Of a DNA stretch of 64,000 nt, positions 40,345-51,726 are shown in pieces. The position numbers were made by a program, and so were the translations under genes. The first letter of the stretch is position 1, and each line of letters starts with the position of its first letter. Origin of the DNA: an uncultured Verrucomicrobiae bacterium (GTDB taxonomy: Bacteria; Verrucomicrobiota; Verrucomicrobiia; Chthoniobacterales; UBA10450); assembly GCA_963726745.1 (NCBI GenBank), contig CAVSDR010000006.1, positions 128,001 through 192,000 on the forward strand, read 5' to 3'. A model generated the notes under the pieces. The model saw nothing but the letters and a program-made list of their open reading frames with translations, had not been told where the DNA came from and ran no database searches.

Positions 40345-43237
40345 TTACCGCAGTCGTGCGGCGGGTAAAGCGCGCCCCTGCAGCTCGACGTGGTAAAAGC
40401 GCGACCCGCGCGCCAGCGCGCCCGGATCGACAAAGGAAAGCGTCAGCTCAAAAGCACCCGCGGTGAAGAATCCGCCGGGCGCATCCTGCCACCCGCCGTC
40501 GGGCCGCGCACTGGTGCGGACGGCGTAGCTCTGGCCAGGCACAGCATTCCAAGTGAAGATGAAGTCGCTGCCGGCGCGCGCGCCCTGCGCGGTGAAATCC
40601 AGCGCTGGGTCGAGGCGATCGAAGAGACCGTCGGCGTTGCGGTCGACGATCGCCGGAATCTGCAGGACGAGAAATTCGCCGGGATCAAGGTTGCCATCGC
40701 CATTGCCGGCGGGACACTGCGCCACGAGCGCGCCGCCATCGGCGGTGACATAGGCGGCCGAGGCGAGGTAGATCGTCTGCGGCACGGCGCCGAAAGCGCT
40801 GACTAAATCGAGCACGCCTTCGAGTTGCCCGCCGTTGCTGGCGGCTTTTGCAAGCAGGCTGCCGGCGGGCGCGTTGAACCAGCCGGCATAAGCGTTTGCG
40901 CTCTCACCCGCGAGGAAGGGCTTTCCTGCCGCCACCGCGATGGCGCCCGCCTTGGCCCACGGCGTGGGGTTCGACGCGGTGCTCAGGAGTTGATCGCTCA
41001 CAAAAAGAAAGTGATCGCTCGTTCCGCCGCTGTTCGAGCCGGGCGACCAGGTGGCCACGTAAAGCTGCGTCCCACGCACCGCCGCGTAGATGGTCATGCC
41101 GCTGCTCGCGACCAAATAGCCGGCGGCATCCGCAGCTCCATCCATGACGAATGGAAGCGGCGTGGCGCCGGGTGTCGGGCTCGGCGTCGGCGTCGGGCGT
41201 TGGTGTCGGCGACGGGCCCCCGTTCGGAGCTACGTAGACGTGCTGGATGGGCGAATTGACCGTGTTCCCCTTCGCGTCCGTCGCGCTGACGTAATAGTCG
41301 ACGTAGGTGTCGGAAAGTCCGGTGACCTTGCGGTAATAGTAGTCGGCGACGAATTGTGGCGGATTGCCGTAGGCTTGCACTCCGGCGACCGGCGGAACAA
41401 TCCGCTGCGTCATCGGCAACGTCTGCCAGACGCCGGTCTCCGCACCGCCGGCGTAGGTTTTGAACTGGTCCTCGGACGGCGGCTGGCCCGGGCCGTTGGC
41501 GCGAAATTTAAGCGACACATTCTGCACCCCGCTGGCGTCATAAACGTAGGTCCAAACCCAGAAGTCGGTGTTCGCCGGGGTGGTCTGTTGATAGCTGTAT
41601 TGCGCCCCGTAATTCTTCGCGCCCGGGTTCCACGGATGGCGCTGGGGAATGAAAACGGTCGGCGGCGTTTGATCGTTGGTGAGATTGTTGAGCGTGGCGC
41701 TGAGCAGGCGCTGCGCGTTGTTTTGCGCAATCACCGGGCGCCAGCCTTCGTCATCGTGCACTCCGTAGTAGACGAAACCGCTGTCTAATCCTCCGAGGTA
41801 ATAGTGCCACGCCAGCTCGACGTTGTTCGGCGTCGCGCCGAAGCTGCCAGGATCGCGCACTTGGTCGATTCGCGGAAGCACGCCGGCGATCTGTTGCGCG
41901 GTTTTGACCCGGTTTTCCGTCGCGGTGATGACGCGCCAGACGTCAGCCTTGTCGCTGGTGCCCACGCTCGGGTCGACCAGATTCACGCTCCCCGGCTTGT
42001 GACTCGGCGGCCAGTGCCAGTTGATGAAAATGGGCGACCCCATGTCGCCATCGGCGTAGACCCAGCCGCCATCTTCGACATGCGCGATGTCATTTGGATC
42101 GGGCGGAAACTCGGCCAGGAATTGCTCGATCGTGGTCGGCTCATAGCCGCGGCTGTTCGCCTGGCTCGCAAAATTTCCGACCCATTCCTGGTAGTAGGAA
42201 TAGCCGCCGCTCCAGGCATTGTCGCCATCGTGCGCCAGCAGGACTAACGAGGGCTTGGCCGGTTGATTGCGCGCGTTCAAGGCGTTGAGCAATCCCAGGT
42301 CCCACGAGCTGTAGCTATCCTTCCAACCAAGCGCCTGGTCGCTCGGCACCACGATAATTTTTGATTCCGCGCCGGTCGCGGGATCGACGTACCGCGCCTG
42401 GTGCACCTGGAAGGAATGCGGCATCGCCGCGCTGGGCGAGCAGCCTCGATCGATCGTGAGGCGTTGGTAATTTCCCGCGCCCTGCGCTGGATTGAGCTGG
42501 TCCGCCTTGTTCGGCAAATCACAGTTCTCGCCGCCCGAGCCGATGACCAGCGGGAAGTCGACGCAAGCGCGCGCGAGATGATTGTTCGCGATGATGGCCC
42601 ACTCGATCCCGACTTTTTTCAAAATGGGAATGATCCGCTCGGAGAAGGCCGTCTCGGTGGGGAAGTAGCCGCGCGAAATGGGATCGCCCCAGAGCAATTG
42701 CATCTGCCGCTGGTGGATTCGCAGTTCCATCTCCAGGGTCGCATCACTCAAGAGCGGAGCCAGCGCGTGGTGGTAGGTAAAGTTCGTCAGGTCCATCCGT
42801 GGCTTCCCGCCGGTGGTGGTCCAGGCCTTGGCCTCGCGGTTCGGTTGATACCAGCTGGCCGCGTAGCCGATCTGTCCCGCGGCCCCGAGGCTTTGCACAT
42901 TTTCCATGAGCGCGCCGGAGTAGTTCACCTGCGCGCCGGAGTTGCGAAATTGCCCCAGGCCCGCAAGCGCATCCCGCGGCCGGCCCTGGTAGGCCGCGCG
43001 TCGATCGTCGACGTCGAAGACCTGGCCGCGCACCTGCTCCAGCGGGTGCGCGCGGCCGGCATCCTGCAATCGGATCGTGTCCCAGGCGTTCTCGTAATGC
43101 TCGGAGCCGGCACGCTTCTCCGGCCAATAGATCGGCTGGTGCAAATGCCAGAGCCACGAGGTGTGAATGCCGGTATTCTGCGCCGTGGCGGTCGCCGCGA
43201 AAAGAAGCAGCAAGATGAGCGAGCGCGGCAACGTCAT
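40345..43237 (-). CDS. Secreted GH57-family glycoside hydrolase with Pro/Thr linker and C-terminal domains (frameshift near 41200)
   Basis: Signal peptide; WHLHQP, GYFPTE (nucleophile region), AHDGDN (acid/base region); PTPTP linker; frame resumes at MDGAADAAGY. Confidence 0.72.
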
Positions 43238-43323
43238 AAGCAAGTGCGGCGCAGTCTGCGAGCGCCCGCGCCGGGCCGCGAGCTAAAAGGCGTCCGCCCG
43301 CGCGCTGCCGGCGAAACTTCGGC

Positions 43324-43980
43324 ATGGACAAAGTCTGCGCGATCGTCGGATTCGGGCCGGGCAACGGAATGGCGCTGGCGCGCGCTTTCGGGGCGGAAGG
43401 TCACCGGCTGGCCTTGCTTTCCCGCAGCCGGGCGAAACACGCGGCCAGCCTGCAGGCGCTCGAAGCGGAGAACTTGTCGGCTAATTTTTTCGAGACGAAC
43501 GCGGCCGATCCGGAGTCGTTAGGCAGCGCTTTCGAGGCGGTCCGCGCCGAGGTAGGCGCTCCCTCCGTGCTGATCTACAACGCCTTCGCGATGCGTCTCG
43601 GCCAACCGTCGAAACTGCGGCCGGAAGACCTGATCGAAGACCTGCGCACGAACGTGGGCGGCGCGCTGGCGGCCACGCACGCGGTGCTGCCGGCCATGCG
43701 CGCTGCCGGCAGGGGGAAGATTTTCTTCACCGGCGGGGGCTTTGCGCTCGAGCCGTTGCCGCAAGTTTCGTCGGTCGGGATCGGGAAGGCGGCGCTGCGG
43801 AATCTGGCGCTCGCGCTGGCAAAGGAGCTCGCCCCGGAAGGCATTCACGTGGGAACGGTCACGATCCACGGAATGGTGAAGGCCGGCACGCATTTCGCGC
43901 CGGAGAAAATCGCGCAATCGTTCCTGGAGCTTTACCGCGATGCGCCCGGCGGCTTCCGCCGCGAACTCGATTACAAATAG
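43324..43980 (+). CDS. Short-chain dehydrogenase/reductase
   Basis: VGFGPGNG Rossmann motif, YNA, FTGG, GKAALR. Confidence 0.88.
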   Translation: MDKVCAIVGFGPGNGMALARAFGAEGHRLALLSRSRAKHAASLQALEAENLSANFFETNAADPESLGSAFEAVRAEVGAPSVLIYNAFAMRLGQPSKLRPEDLIEDLRTNVGGALAATHAVLPAMRAAGRGKIFFTGGGFALEPLPQVSSVGIGKAALRNLALALAKELAPEGIHVGTVTIHGMVKAGTHFAPEKIAQSFLELYRDAPGGFRRELDYK

Positions 43981-44003
43981 CCGGCGCTTTCGCCTAACGA
44001 GCG

Positions 44004-45045
44004 CTACGACTTCTTGTCTTCGTCGAGCTTCGCCTTGACCGCGGTCTCGATCTCTTCGTAGAGCGCAGGGTCGTTCTTCAGCACTTCCTTGGCGGCATCG
44101 CGCCCTTGCGCGAGCTGGGCGCCCTTGTAGCTCAGCCAGGAGCCGCGCTTTTCCACGATCTGCTTCTCGAGCGCGAGGTCGAGGAGCGAGCCGGTGGTGG
44201 AGATGCCCTCGTTATACATGATGTCGAACTCGGCCTCGGTGAAAGGCGGCGCAACCTTGTTCTTGACCACTTTCACGCGGGTGCGGTTGCCGGTAACCAC
44301 GCCATCGGTCTGCTTGATCGCGCCGATGCGGCGGATGTCGAGCCGGACGCTGGCGTAAAACTTGAGCGCTTTGCCGCCGGGCGTGGTCTCGGGATTGCCA
44401 AACATGACGCCGATCTTCTCGCGGATTTGGTTGGTGAAAATACAGCAGGTGCGCGCCTTCGAGATGAGCGAGGTGAGCTTGCGCATCGCGGCGCTCATGA
44501 GCCGCGCCTGCGCACCTACAGTGCTGTCGCCGATCTCGCCCTTCGAGTTCCTGCTTCGTGACCAGGGCGGCCACGGAATCGAGCACGATGACGTCGAGCG
44601 CGTTGGAGCGCACGAGCGTTTCCACGATGCGAAGTGCTTCCTCGCCGGAGCTCGGCTGCGAGACCAGCAAGTCATCCATGTCGACGCCTAAACGGCGGGC
44701 GTATTGCGGATCGAGTGCGTGCTCAACATCGATGAAAGCGGCGAGCCCGCCGCGCTTCTGCGCCTGGGCGATGACCGTGAGCGTGAGGGTGGTTTTGCCG
44801 GAGGATTCCGGGCCGTAGACCTCGACCACGCGGCCGCGCGGGAAGCCGCCCACGCCGAGGGCGCGGTCGATCAAAATATTACCCGTCGGGATGACGTCGA
44901 TATCCGCGATTTGCGCATCGCCCAAACGCATAATCGCGCCGTCGCCGTAGTCTTTCGCGATCTGCTGAAGCGCGAGATCGAGGTTCTTATTGCGGGCAGC
45001 GACGATCTTGTCTTCGCTGGTTTTTTCTTCGGTTTTGCTGGCCAT
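44004..45045 (-). CDS. recA: Recombinase RecA (+1 frameshift near 44540)
   Basis: [27 protein letters not shown], then [37 protein letters not shown]. Confidence 0.97.
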
Positions 45046-45101
45046 AAGGGAAGGGCCCTTACCTACGTCAGTTCCACCGCAGCCGCCAAGAATAAAGACG
45101 G

Positions 45102-45130
45102 AAAGAGGCCGCAACCTCGCGGCTGCGGCC
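45102..45130 (-). terminator. Intrinsic terminator after the hsp20 pair
   Basis: Minus strand GGCCGCAGCC-GCGA-GGTTGCGGCC-TCTTT. Confidence 0.7.
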
Positions 45131-45159
45131 CCCCCCTTCCCTCTATCGATCGAAACGCT

Positions 45160-45543
45160 TTACGAGACGGTGATCTTGCGCGGCTTCACCTGCTCCGCTT
45201 TCGGGAGCGAAAGCGTGAGCACGCCCTGTTCGATGCGGGCGCTGATCTTGCTGGAATCGATCGAAGGATCGAGCTCGAAGCTGCGCCGGAAGTTTTCCCG
45301 GCGAGACTCGCGGTGCAGGATCGTCCCCTGCACGCTGGGCAGGGAACGTCGCCCGACAATCGTGAGCTCGTTATTCTCGACCCACATTTCCAGGCCTTCC
45401 TTGCTCACCCCGGGCATCTCCACCTCCAGGGTATAGCCGTCCTCGCTCTCGAGCACGGTTGCCGCGGGCGCGATCCACTGCTCGTTAGACCGCGAGCCGT
45501 TGGCGCGGTTTTCTTTGTTTTCTTCGCGAACCATTGTGTCCAT
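45160..45543 (-). CDS. Hsp20/alpha-crystallin small heat shock protein
   Basis: EMPGVSKE..FRRSF..IEQGVLTLSLPK..PRKI. Confidence 0.92.
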   Translation of the reverse strand: MDTMVREENKENRANGSRSNEQWIAPAATVLESEDGYTLEVEMPGVSKEGLEMWVENNELTIVGRRSLPSVQGTILHRESRRENFRRSFELDPSIDSSKISARIEQGVLTLSLPKAEQVKPRKITVS

Positions 45544-45570
45544 TTTCCTTCTTCCTTTCGTGATTGCTCG

Positions 45571-46038
45571 TTAGTCGACGTTGACCTGAATCTGCTTCGG
45601 CTTCGCTTCCTCGGCCTTGGGCAGCGTGACCGTGAGGATGCCGTCCTTGTAATTCGCCTGCACGCGGTTCGAATCGACGCGCGTGGGGAGCGCGATGCTG
45701 CGGCGGAATTTGCCGACGAAACGTTCGCTGCGGGAGGTTTTGCCGCCTTGCGCCGCGCCGTCGTCTTTCCGCTCGCCGCTGATCACAAGCATACCGTTGT
45801 GCAGCGAGAGTTCGATGTCCTCCTTGCGCAGGCCAGGGAGCTCGACCAAAGCGATGACGTCGTCGTTCGTCTGGTAGAGATCGAGCGCCGGCGTCCAGCC
45901 GTTGAACAGCTGTGCCTGCGGCGTCGGGCCGCTCCAGTTGCCGTCAAAGAGATGGTTGATTTCGTCGCGCAAGGTCGACCAGCGGTCGAGCGAGCGCCAC
46001 GCCGAGAGATCGGGAGTTTGGTAACGAATGATGCTCAT
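45571..46038 (-). CDS. Hsp20/alpha-crystallin small heat shock protein
   Basis: PALDLY..ELPG..ISGER..ERFVGKFRRS..YKDGILTVTLPK. Confidence 0.94.
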   Translation of the reverse strand: MSIIRYQTPDLSAWRSLDRWSTLRDEINHLFDGNWSGPTPQAQLFNGWTPALDLYQTNDDVIALVELPGLRKEDIELSLHNGMLVISGERKDDGAAQGGKTSRSERFVGKFRRSIALPTRVDSNRVQANYKDGILTVTLPKAEEAKPKQIQVNVD

Positions 46039-46075
46039 AGATTTTCCTTTCGTTGGAAGTTTCGAAACCTGATTT

Positions 46076-46091
46076 AGCCAGCAGAATGCCA
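46076..46091 (-). promoter_or_regulatory. Putative sigma54 (-24/-12) promoter for the hsp20 pair
   Basis: Minus strand TGGCATTCTGCTGGCT, with GG and GC exactly 10 nt apart; AAGGAA RBS downstream. Confidence 0.45.
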
Positions 46092-46286
46092 GCGAAAGTG
46101 GCACCCAGAAATCCATCGCTAAGCCGTTGAAATTGAGTCAGCCTATAAGACCTCAGCGATTTGGCTACTGCCGCCTGGACGTGTCGCGATGTCACGCTTC
46201 TCCTGCGCGGAATCCAGCAGACTTGTGCCAGCGTTGCACAGCTGTCGCTTGTTGCGGATCGGCGCAAAAAGAGAAGGGTGCCGGTA

Positions 46287-46976
46287 ATGAAGTTTCTCCT
46301 CACGAACGACGATGGCATCGATGCCGCGGGAATCGAGGCGTTGCATCGCGCAGTCGAGCCGTTTGGTGAAGCGGTCATCGTGGCACCGGCCGGGCCGCAG
46401 TCTGGTGTAAGTCATCGGGTGACCTGGCAGGAAGGGGTAAGGATCGAGCCGCGCGGTCCGCGACGTTTCGCCGTCCATGGAACGCCGGCGGATTGTGTGC
46501 GCCTGGGTTTGCGGCATCTCCTGCCGGACGCGGATTGGATCCTGAGCGGGATCAATCACGGCTCGAACCTTGGCGCGGACATGCACTACTCCGGGACCGT
46601 GGCTGCCGTGCGCGAGGCCGTGCTCCATGGCTGGCCCGGCATTGCTTTCTCACAATATCACGAGCCACAAGGCGACTTCGATTGGGACCGCGCCACCCGC
46701 TGGCTGGGACCGCTCCTCCAGGACTTGTTAGACCGGCCCCGAGAGCGTGGTTCGTTTTACAACGTCAACCTGCCGGCGCGTCCGGCCGACGCCGACGAGC
46801 CGGAGGTGGTCTGGTGTCCGCTCGATCCGGCGCCGCTTCCCCTCAACTATCGTCACGAAGAGGCGAGCGACCTCTATTTTGCCGGCGACTATCACGCGCG
46901 GCCGCGCACGCCCGGCGCTGATGTGGACGTCTGTTTCGGCGGGCGGATTGCACTGACCCAGATCCGACTGCTCTAG
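46287..46976 (+). CDS. surE: 5'/3'-nucleotidase SurE
   Basis: LLTNDDGI, VAP..QSG, GTPADCV, SGINHGSNLG..YSGTVAA. Confidence 0.95.
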   Translation: MKFLLTNDDGIDAAGIEALHRAVEPFGEAVIVAPAGPQSGVSHRVTWQEGVRIEPRGPRRFAVHGTPADCVRLGLRHLLPDADWILSGINHGSNLGADMHYSGTVAAVREAVLHGWPGIAFSQYHEPQGDFDWDRATRWLGPLLQDLLDRPRERGSFYNVNLPARPADADEPEVVWCPLDPAPLPLNYRHEEASDLYFAGDYHARPRTPGADVDVCFGGRIALTQIRLL

Positions 46977-48283
46977 GCGGCCGATATCGGCTGATCGGTC
47001 GGCTCGCTGGCGGCGTCGATAAACGGCGCAAAGACGTCGAGGGAACGCGTGGGAATGGTGGCGGTCACGCAGGTTTCTTCCCCCTCGAACGTGGCCTCGT
47101 GCACCGTTCCCTCACGGTGCAAACGCGCGAGCAAATCAGCGCGTGCCGCCGGCAGGCGCAACCCGAGCGTCATCGTCCCGCGAGCCACGAAATCGGAGAT
47201 GCGGCTGACTAATTCCTCCATCCCCGCATCCGTCTGCACGGAAACGAAAACCGCGTCGCGAAAATGCCGGCGAAGGGCGGCCAATTCCTCCGGCTGGCTG
47301 ACTTTGTCGATCTTGTTGAAAACCACCAGCATCTGCTTGGTATCAGCGCCGAGATTAGCCAGCACCTTCATGGTGGTGTTGTAAAATTCCATCACCTCCG
47401 GCTGCGAAGCATCGAGCACGTGGATCAGGAAATCGGAGAGCGCGGCTTCCTCGAGCGTGGCATTGAAAGCTTCCACCAGTTGATGCGGGAGATTGCGCAC
47501 AAAGCCAACGGTGTCGGTGAGGAGGAGGGGCTGTTTGTTAGGCAGCGCGATCTTGCGCGTGGTCGTGTCGAGGGTGGCGAAAAGTTTGTCCTCCACGAAG
47601 ACCTCCGCGCCAGTGAGGCGGCGCAAGAGGGAGGATTTGCCGACGTTGGTGTAGCCGACGATCGCGGCGTTCGGCACCGGGGCGCGCTTGCGATCCTTTC
47701 GCTGGGTCGCGCGGGCGCTGCGCACAGTCTCGAGCTCGCGCTTTAGGCGGTCGATTTGCAGCCGGATCTTGCGCTTGTCCTGCTCCAGCTGGCTCTCGCC
47801 TTCGCCCTTTGCGCCGATGCCGCCACCCTGCTGCCCGAGGTGGCTCCAGGCTCTCGTTAGGCGCGGAAGCGAATACTGCATGCGCGCGAGGTCCACCTGG
47901 ATGCGCGCTTCCCGCGTTTGCGCGCGGGCGCCGAAAATATCAAGAATGATTTCCTGGCGATCGGCCACGGTCAGGCCGGAGAGCTCTTCCCAATTCCGTT
48001 GCTGCGAGGCGCTGAGTTCATTGTCAAAAACGAGCACGTCGCACTCGAGCTTCCGCGCATGGTCCACGATCTCCTGCGCCTTGCCCGAGCCGATGAGGTA
48101 GCGCGCATGATTTTCCCGGTGCGAAATGAGCAGGCGATCGATGATCGGAATGCCGAGCGTCTCCACCAACTCCGCCAATTCCTCGAGCAAACTCTGCGCT
48201 TCCGCCTTCTTCGCCGGGTCAATGTAGGCGCCGATGAGCAAGGCGCGCTCGGTCATCTTATCCTTCTGCTTGATCTCAAACAT
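46973..48283 (-). CDS. hflX: Ribosome-associated GTPase HflX
   Basis: ILDIF..RA.TRE, GEGESQLE, VGYTNVGKSSL, LFATLD, DTVGF, NKID. Confidence 0.95.
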   Translation of the reverse strand: MFEIKQKDKMTERALLIGAYIDPAKKAEAQSLLEELAELVETLGIPIIDRLLISHRENHARYLIGSGKAQEIVDHARKLECDVLVFDNELSASQQRNWEELSGLTVADRQEIILDIFGARAQTREARIQVDLARMQYSLPRLTRAWSHLGQQGGGIGAKGEGESQLEQDKRKIRLQIDRLKRELETVRSARATQRKDRKRAPVPNAAIVGYTNVGKSSLLRRLTGAEVFVEDKLFATLDTTTRKIALPNKQPLLLTDTVGFVRNLPHQLVEAFNATLEEAALSDFLIHVLDASQPEVMEFYNTTMKVLANLGADTKQMLVVFNKIDKVSQPEELAALRRHFRDAVFVSVQTDAGMEELVSRISDFVARGTMTLGLRLPAARADLLARLHREGTVHEATFEGEETCVTATIPTRSLDVFAPFIDAASEPTDQPISAA

Positions 48284-48404
48284 TCCGCGACGAATATAGC
48301 CGCCGCGCAAGGGTTGGCGCGTCGAAAAACAGACGACAACTTCGCCGTCCCGTTCCGAGAACGGTGGCGGCAAAAAGATTCCGAAAAAAGTTTCGAAATC
48401 TTGT

Positions 48405-48432
48405 TTGACGGATTCGACGGACCTCCTATCTT
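48405..48432 (+). promoter_or_regulatory. rRNA promoter
   Basis: TTGACG-16 nt-TATCTT; a 16-nt spacer is typical of rrn promoters. Confidence 0.6.
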
Positions 48433-48561
48433 GCTCGTCCCGCAACACTGCGGCCTCGGAAGTTCCGAGGTGTTCTTCGCCTCCTGGCTCACTGCGAGCT
48501 GGCTGCTTGATTTCGATCAAATGGCCGCTATGCGGATGAACTGGCGGGTGTGAAGGGCGGT

Positions 48562-48573
48562 TGATCTTTGACA
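48562..48573 (+). promoter_or_regulatory. boxA antitermination element
   Basis: TGATCTTTGACA in the 16S leader (consensus TGCTCTTTAACA). Confidence 0.7.
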
Positions 48574-48844
48574 GTGCAATTCTGGATTTCGTCATCACGA
48601 CGAAAGGAAATCCAGAAGGTAGAAGTCAGCGAAAATTGAATTGTGCGTTATTCGTTAAGTTTTCTTTGAACTAAAATTTCGCCAGTTCGCAAGAACTGGT
48701 GATCTTATTTGAAAAAGATCGGACGAACACCGGCTCTCATCCACGGATGAAAGTCGGTTTAGAATGGTCAGATTCACGTTGGTGCTTTAGCGAGCACCGA
48801 CACAAACTTTGTCCGGGATCAGCAATGATCCTCGGCTCCAAATT

Positions 48845-50414
<1,570 letters not shown>

Positions 50415-50577
50415 ATTCGTCACCACTTCGGTGGTGGTTGAATAGGTCGACGGCTAACCCTTCTTCTCTTCGGAGAGGGAGACATGCCGTTAAGACCTCG
50501 ACAAGGAAACGCGTTGAGGCCAAGGATGACCGACGGATAGCGCACAATTCAGTTTTTGTTTGCCTGCTGATTTAGAG

Positions 50578-50617
50578 AAAATGCCGAGCACGGCGACGTG
50601 TTCGGCATTTTTGTTTT
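50578..50617 (+). terminator. Intrinsic terminator downstream of the 16S gene
   Basis: AAAATGCCGAGCACG-GCGA-CGTGTTCGGCATTTT followed by TGTTTT. Confidence 0.8.
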
Positions 50618-50638
50618 CCAGCGAAGTCTCCCGGCCTC

Positions 50639-50666
50639 TTGCATTCAATCCGGAGACGCCTAGACT
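50639..50666 (+). promoter_or_regulatory. Putative separate promoter for tRNA-Ala
   Basis: TTGCAT-16 nt-TAGACT, 11 nt before the tRNA and downstream of the terminator. Confidence 0.5.
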
Positions 50667-50677
50667 CCGCAGACTTC

Positions 50678-50750
50678 GGGGGCATAGCTCAGTTGGTAGA
50701 GCGCCAGCTTTGCAAGCTGGATGTCAGGGGTTCGAATCCCCTTGCCTCCA
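50678..50750 (+). tRNA. tRNA-Ala(TGC), CCA not encoded
   Basis: GGGGGCA..TAGCTCAGTTGGTAGAGC..TTTGCAA..GGTTCGAATCC..TGCCTCCA with the G3:U70 identity pair. Confidence 0.97.
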
Positions 50751-50782
50751 TTTCCCTCCGCCTGGAGGTAGAATTTAGCCAG

Positions 50783-50953
50783 CTACTTCTGCTCGTCCGG
50801 CCGCACGACGAAGCCTTCCGGCGGGATCGATAGCGGCGGCTCGTTCGAGAAAAGCCCACGGCTTCCACCCTGGCAATCTTTTCGCGGCGCGAGGTCGCGC
50901 AGTTCGATAGGGGCCTGGCCGGCTACTGGCTGCTCATCAGGGAGTTGCTTCAT
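50783..50953 (-). CDS. Small hypothetical peptide (56 aa) with a possible double-glycine leader
   Basis: MKQLPDEQPVAGQAPIELRDLAPRKDCQGG-SRGLFS...; AAGGAG upstream. Confidence 0.4.
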   Translation of the reverse strand: MKQLPDEQPVAGQAPIELRDLAPRKDCQGGSRGLFSNEPPLSIPPEGFVVRPDEQK

Positions 50954-51131
50954 TTTTGAAAACGACGACTCCTTCGACACGGAAACAGTGCTCACGTCAA
51001 CACTTCTTCGGCTTTCCCTCCGGAAACGGATGCAAAATCTGCGCGCGCCGCACGATTTCGCATTGCGCCAGAACGTGCGCGTGCTAAATGCATAATCCCT
51101 CGCCGGTCCTCTCAGAGGGCTGGTAAATTTT

Positions 51132-51205
51132 GGGCCTGTAGCTCAGTTGGTTAGAGCATGCGCTTGATAAGCGCAGGGTCACTGGTTCGAGCCCAGTCAG
51201 GCCCA
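51132..51205 (+). tRNA. tRNA-Ile(GAT), CCA not encoded
   Basis: GGGCCTG TAGCTCAGTTGGTTAGAGC..TTGATAA..GGTTCGAGCC..CAGGCCCA. Confidence 0.97.
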
Positions 51206-51667
51206 CTTCCCGATCGCACTTGTCTCAGCGGCGCGCTGCCGCATGCAGATCCAGTAGGCTAAAATTCCCACCGCCGCACCCGCGCAATCCAGGAGCACAT
51301 CGCGCGGCGAAGCCGTGCGCGAGCTCACAAAACTCTGGTGCCACTCGTCCGACGCCGCATACATCGCCGCGGCCGACCAGGCGCCGATCGCGTGCAACCA
51401 AACGATTCTCCGCTGCCTGCGTAATGCCCGCAGGAGTAAAAGCGCGAGGATGGCATACTCGGTCACGTGCCCGGCCTTGCGCACAAGGAACTGCACCAGC
51501 AGAATCGCCTCCAACGAAATGTGCGGATTGAGCCAATGGAGAAACGGCACGATGAAACGCGACGTCTGCGCAGCCGAGCCGAGATCGGTCGAGGCGCTGA
51601 AAATAAGCAACATCCAGGCAAGCACGGGCATCCATGCATGGACGAGCGGAGGTAGCTTTCTCTTCAC
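51197..51667 (-). CDS. VanZ family membrane protein
   Basis: WMLLIF.AS, VRKAGHVTEYAIL, YAASDEWHQSFV..R..SPRDV.LD. Confidence 0.9.
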   Translation of the reverse strand: MKRKLPPLVHAWMPVLAWMLLIFSASTDLGSAAQTSRFIVPFLHWLNPHISLEAILLVQFLVRKAGHVTEYAILALLLLRALRRQRRIVWLHAIGAWSAAAMYAASDEWHQSFVSSRTASPRDVLLDCAGAAVGILAYWICMRQRAAETSAIGKWA

Positions 51668-51726
51668 GACGCCCGCACTCTAGAAATGCCAGGCTCACTT
51701 CACAATCCGCCGTCCGCCGTTCGCTC

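Noticed and set aside
46040..46120. CIRCE/HrcA operator before hsp20
   Set aside because: No TTAGCACTC-N9-GAGTGCTAA match; only a partial TTAGC.
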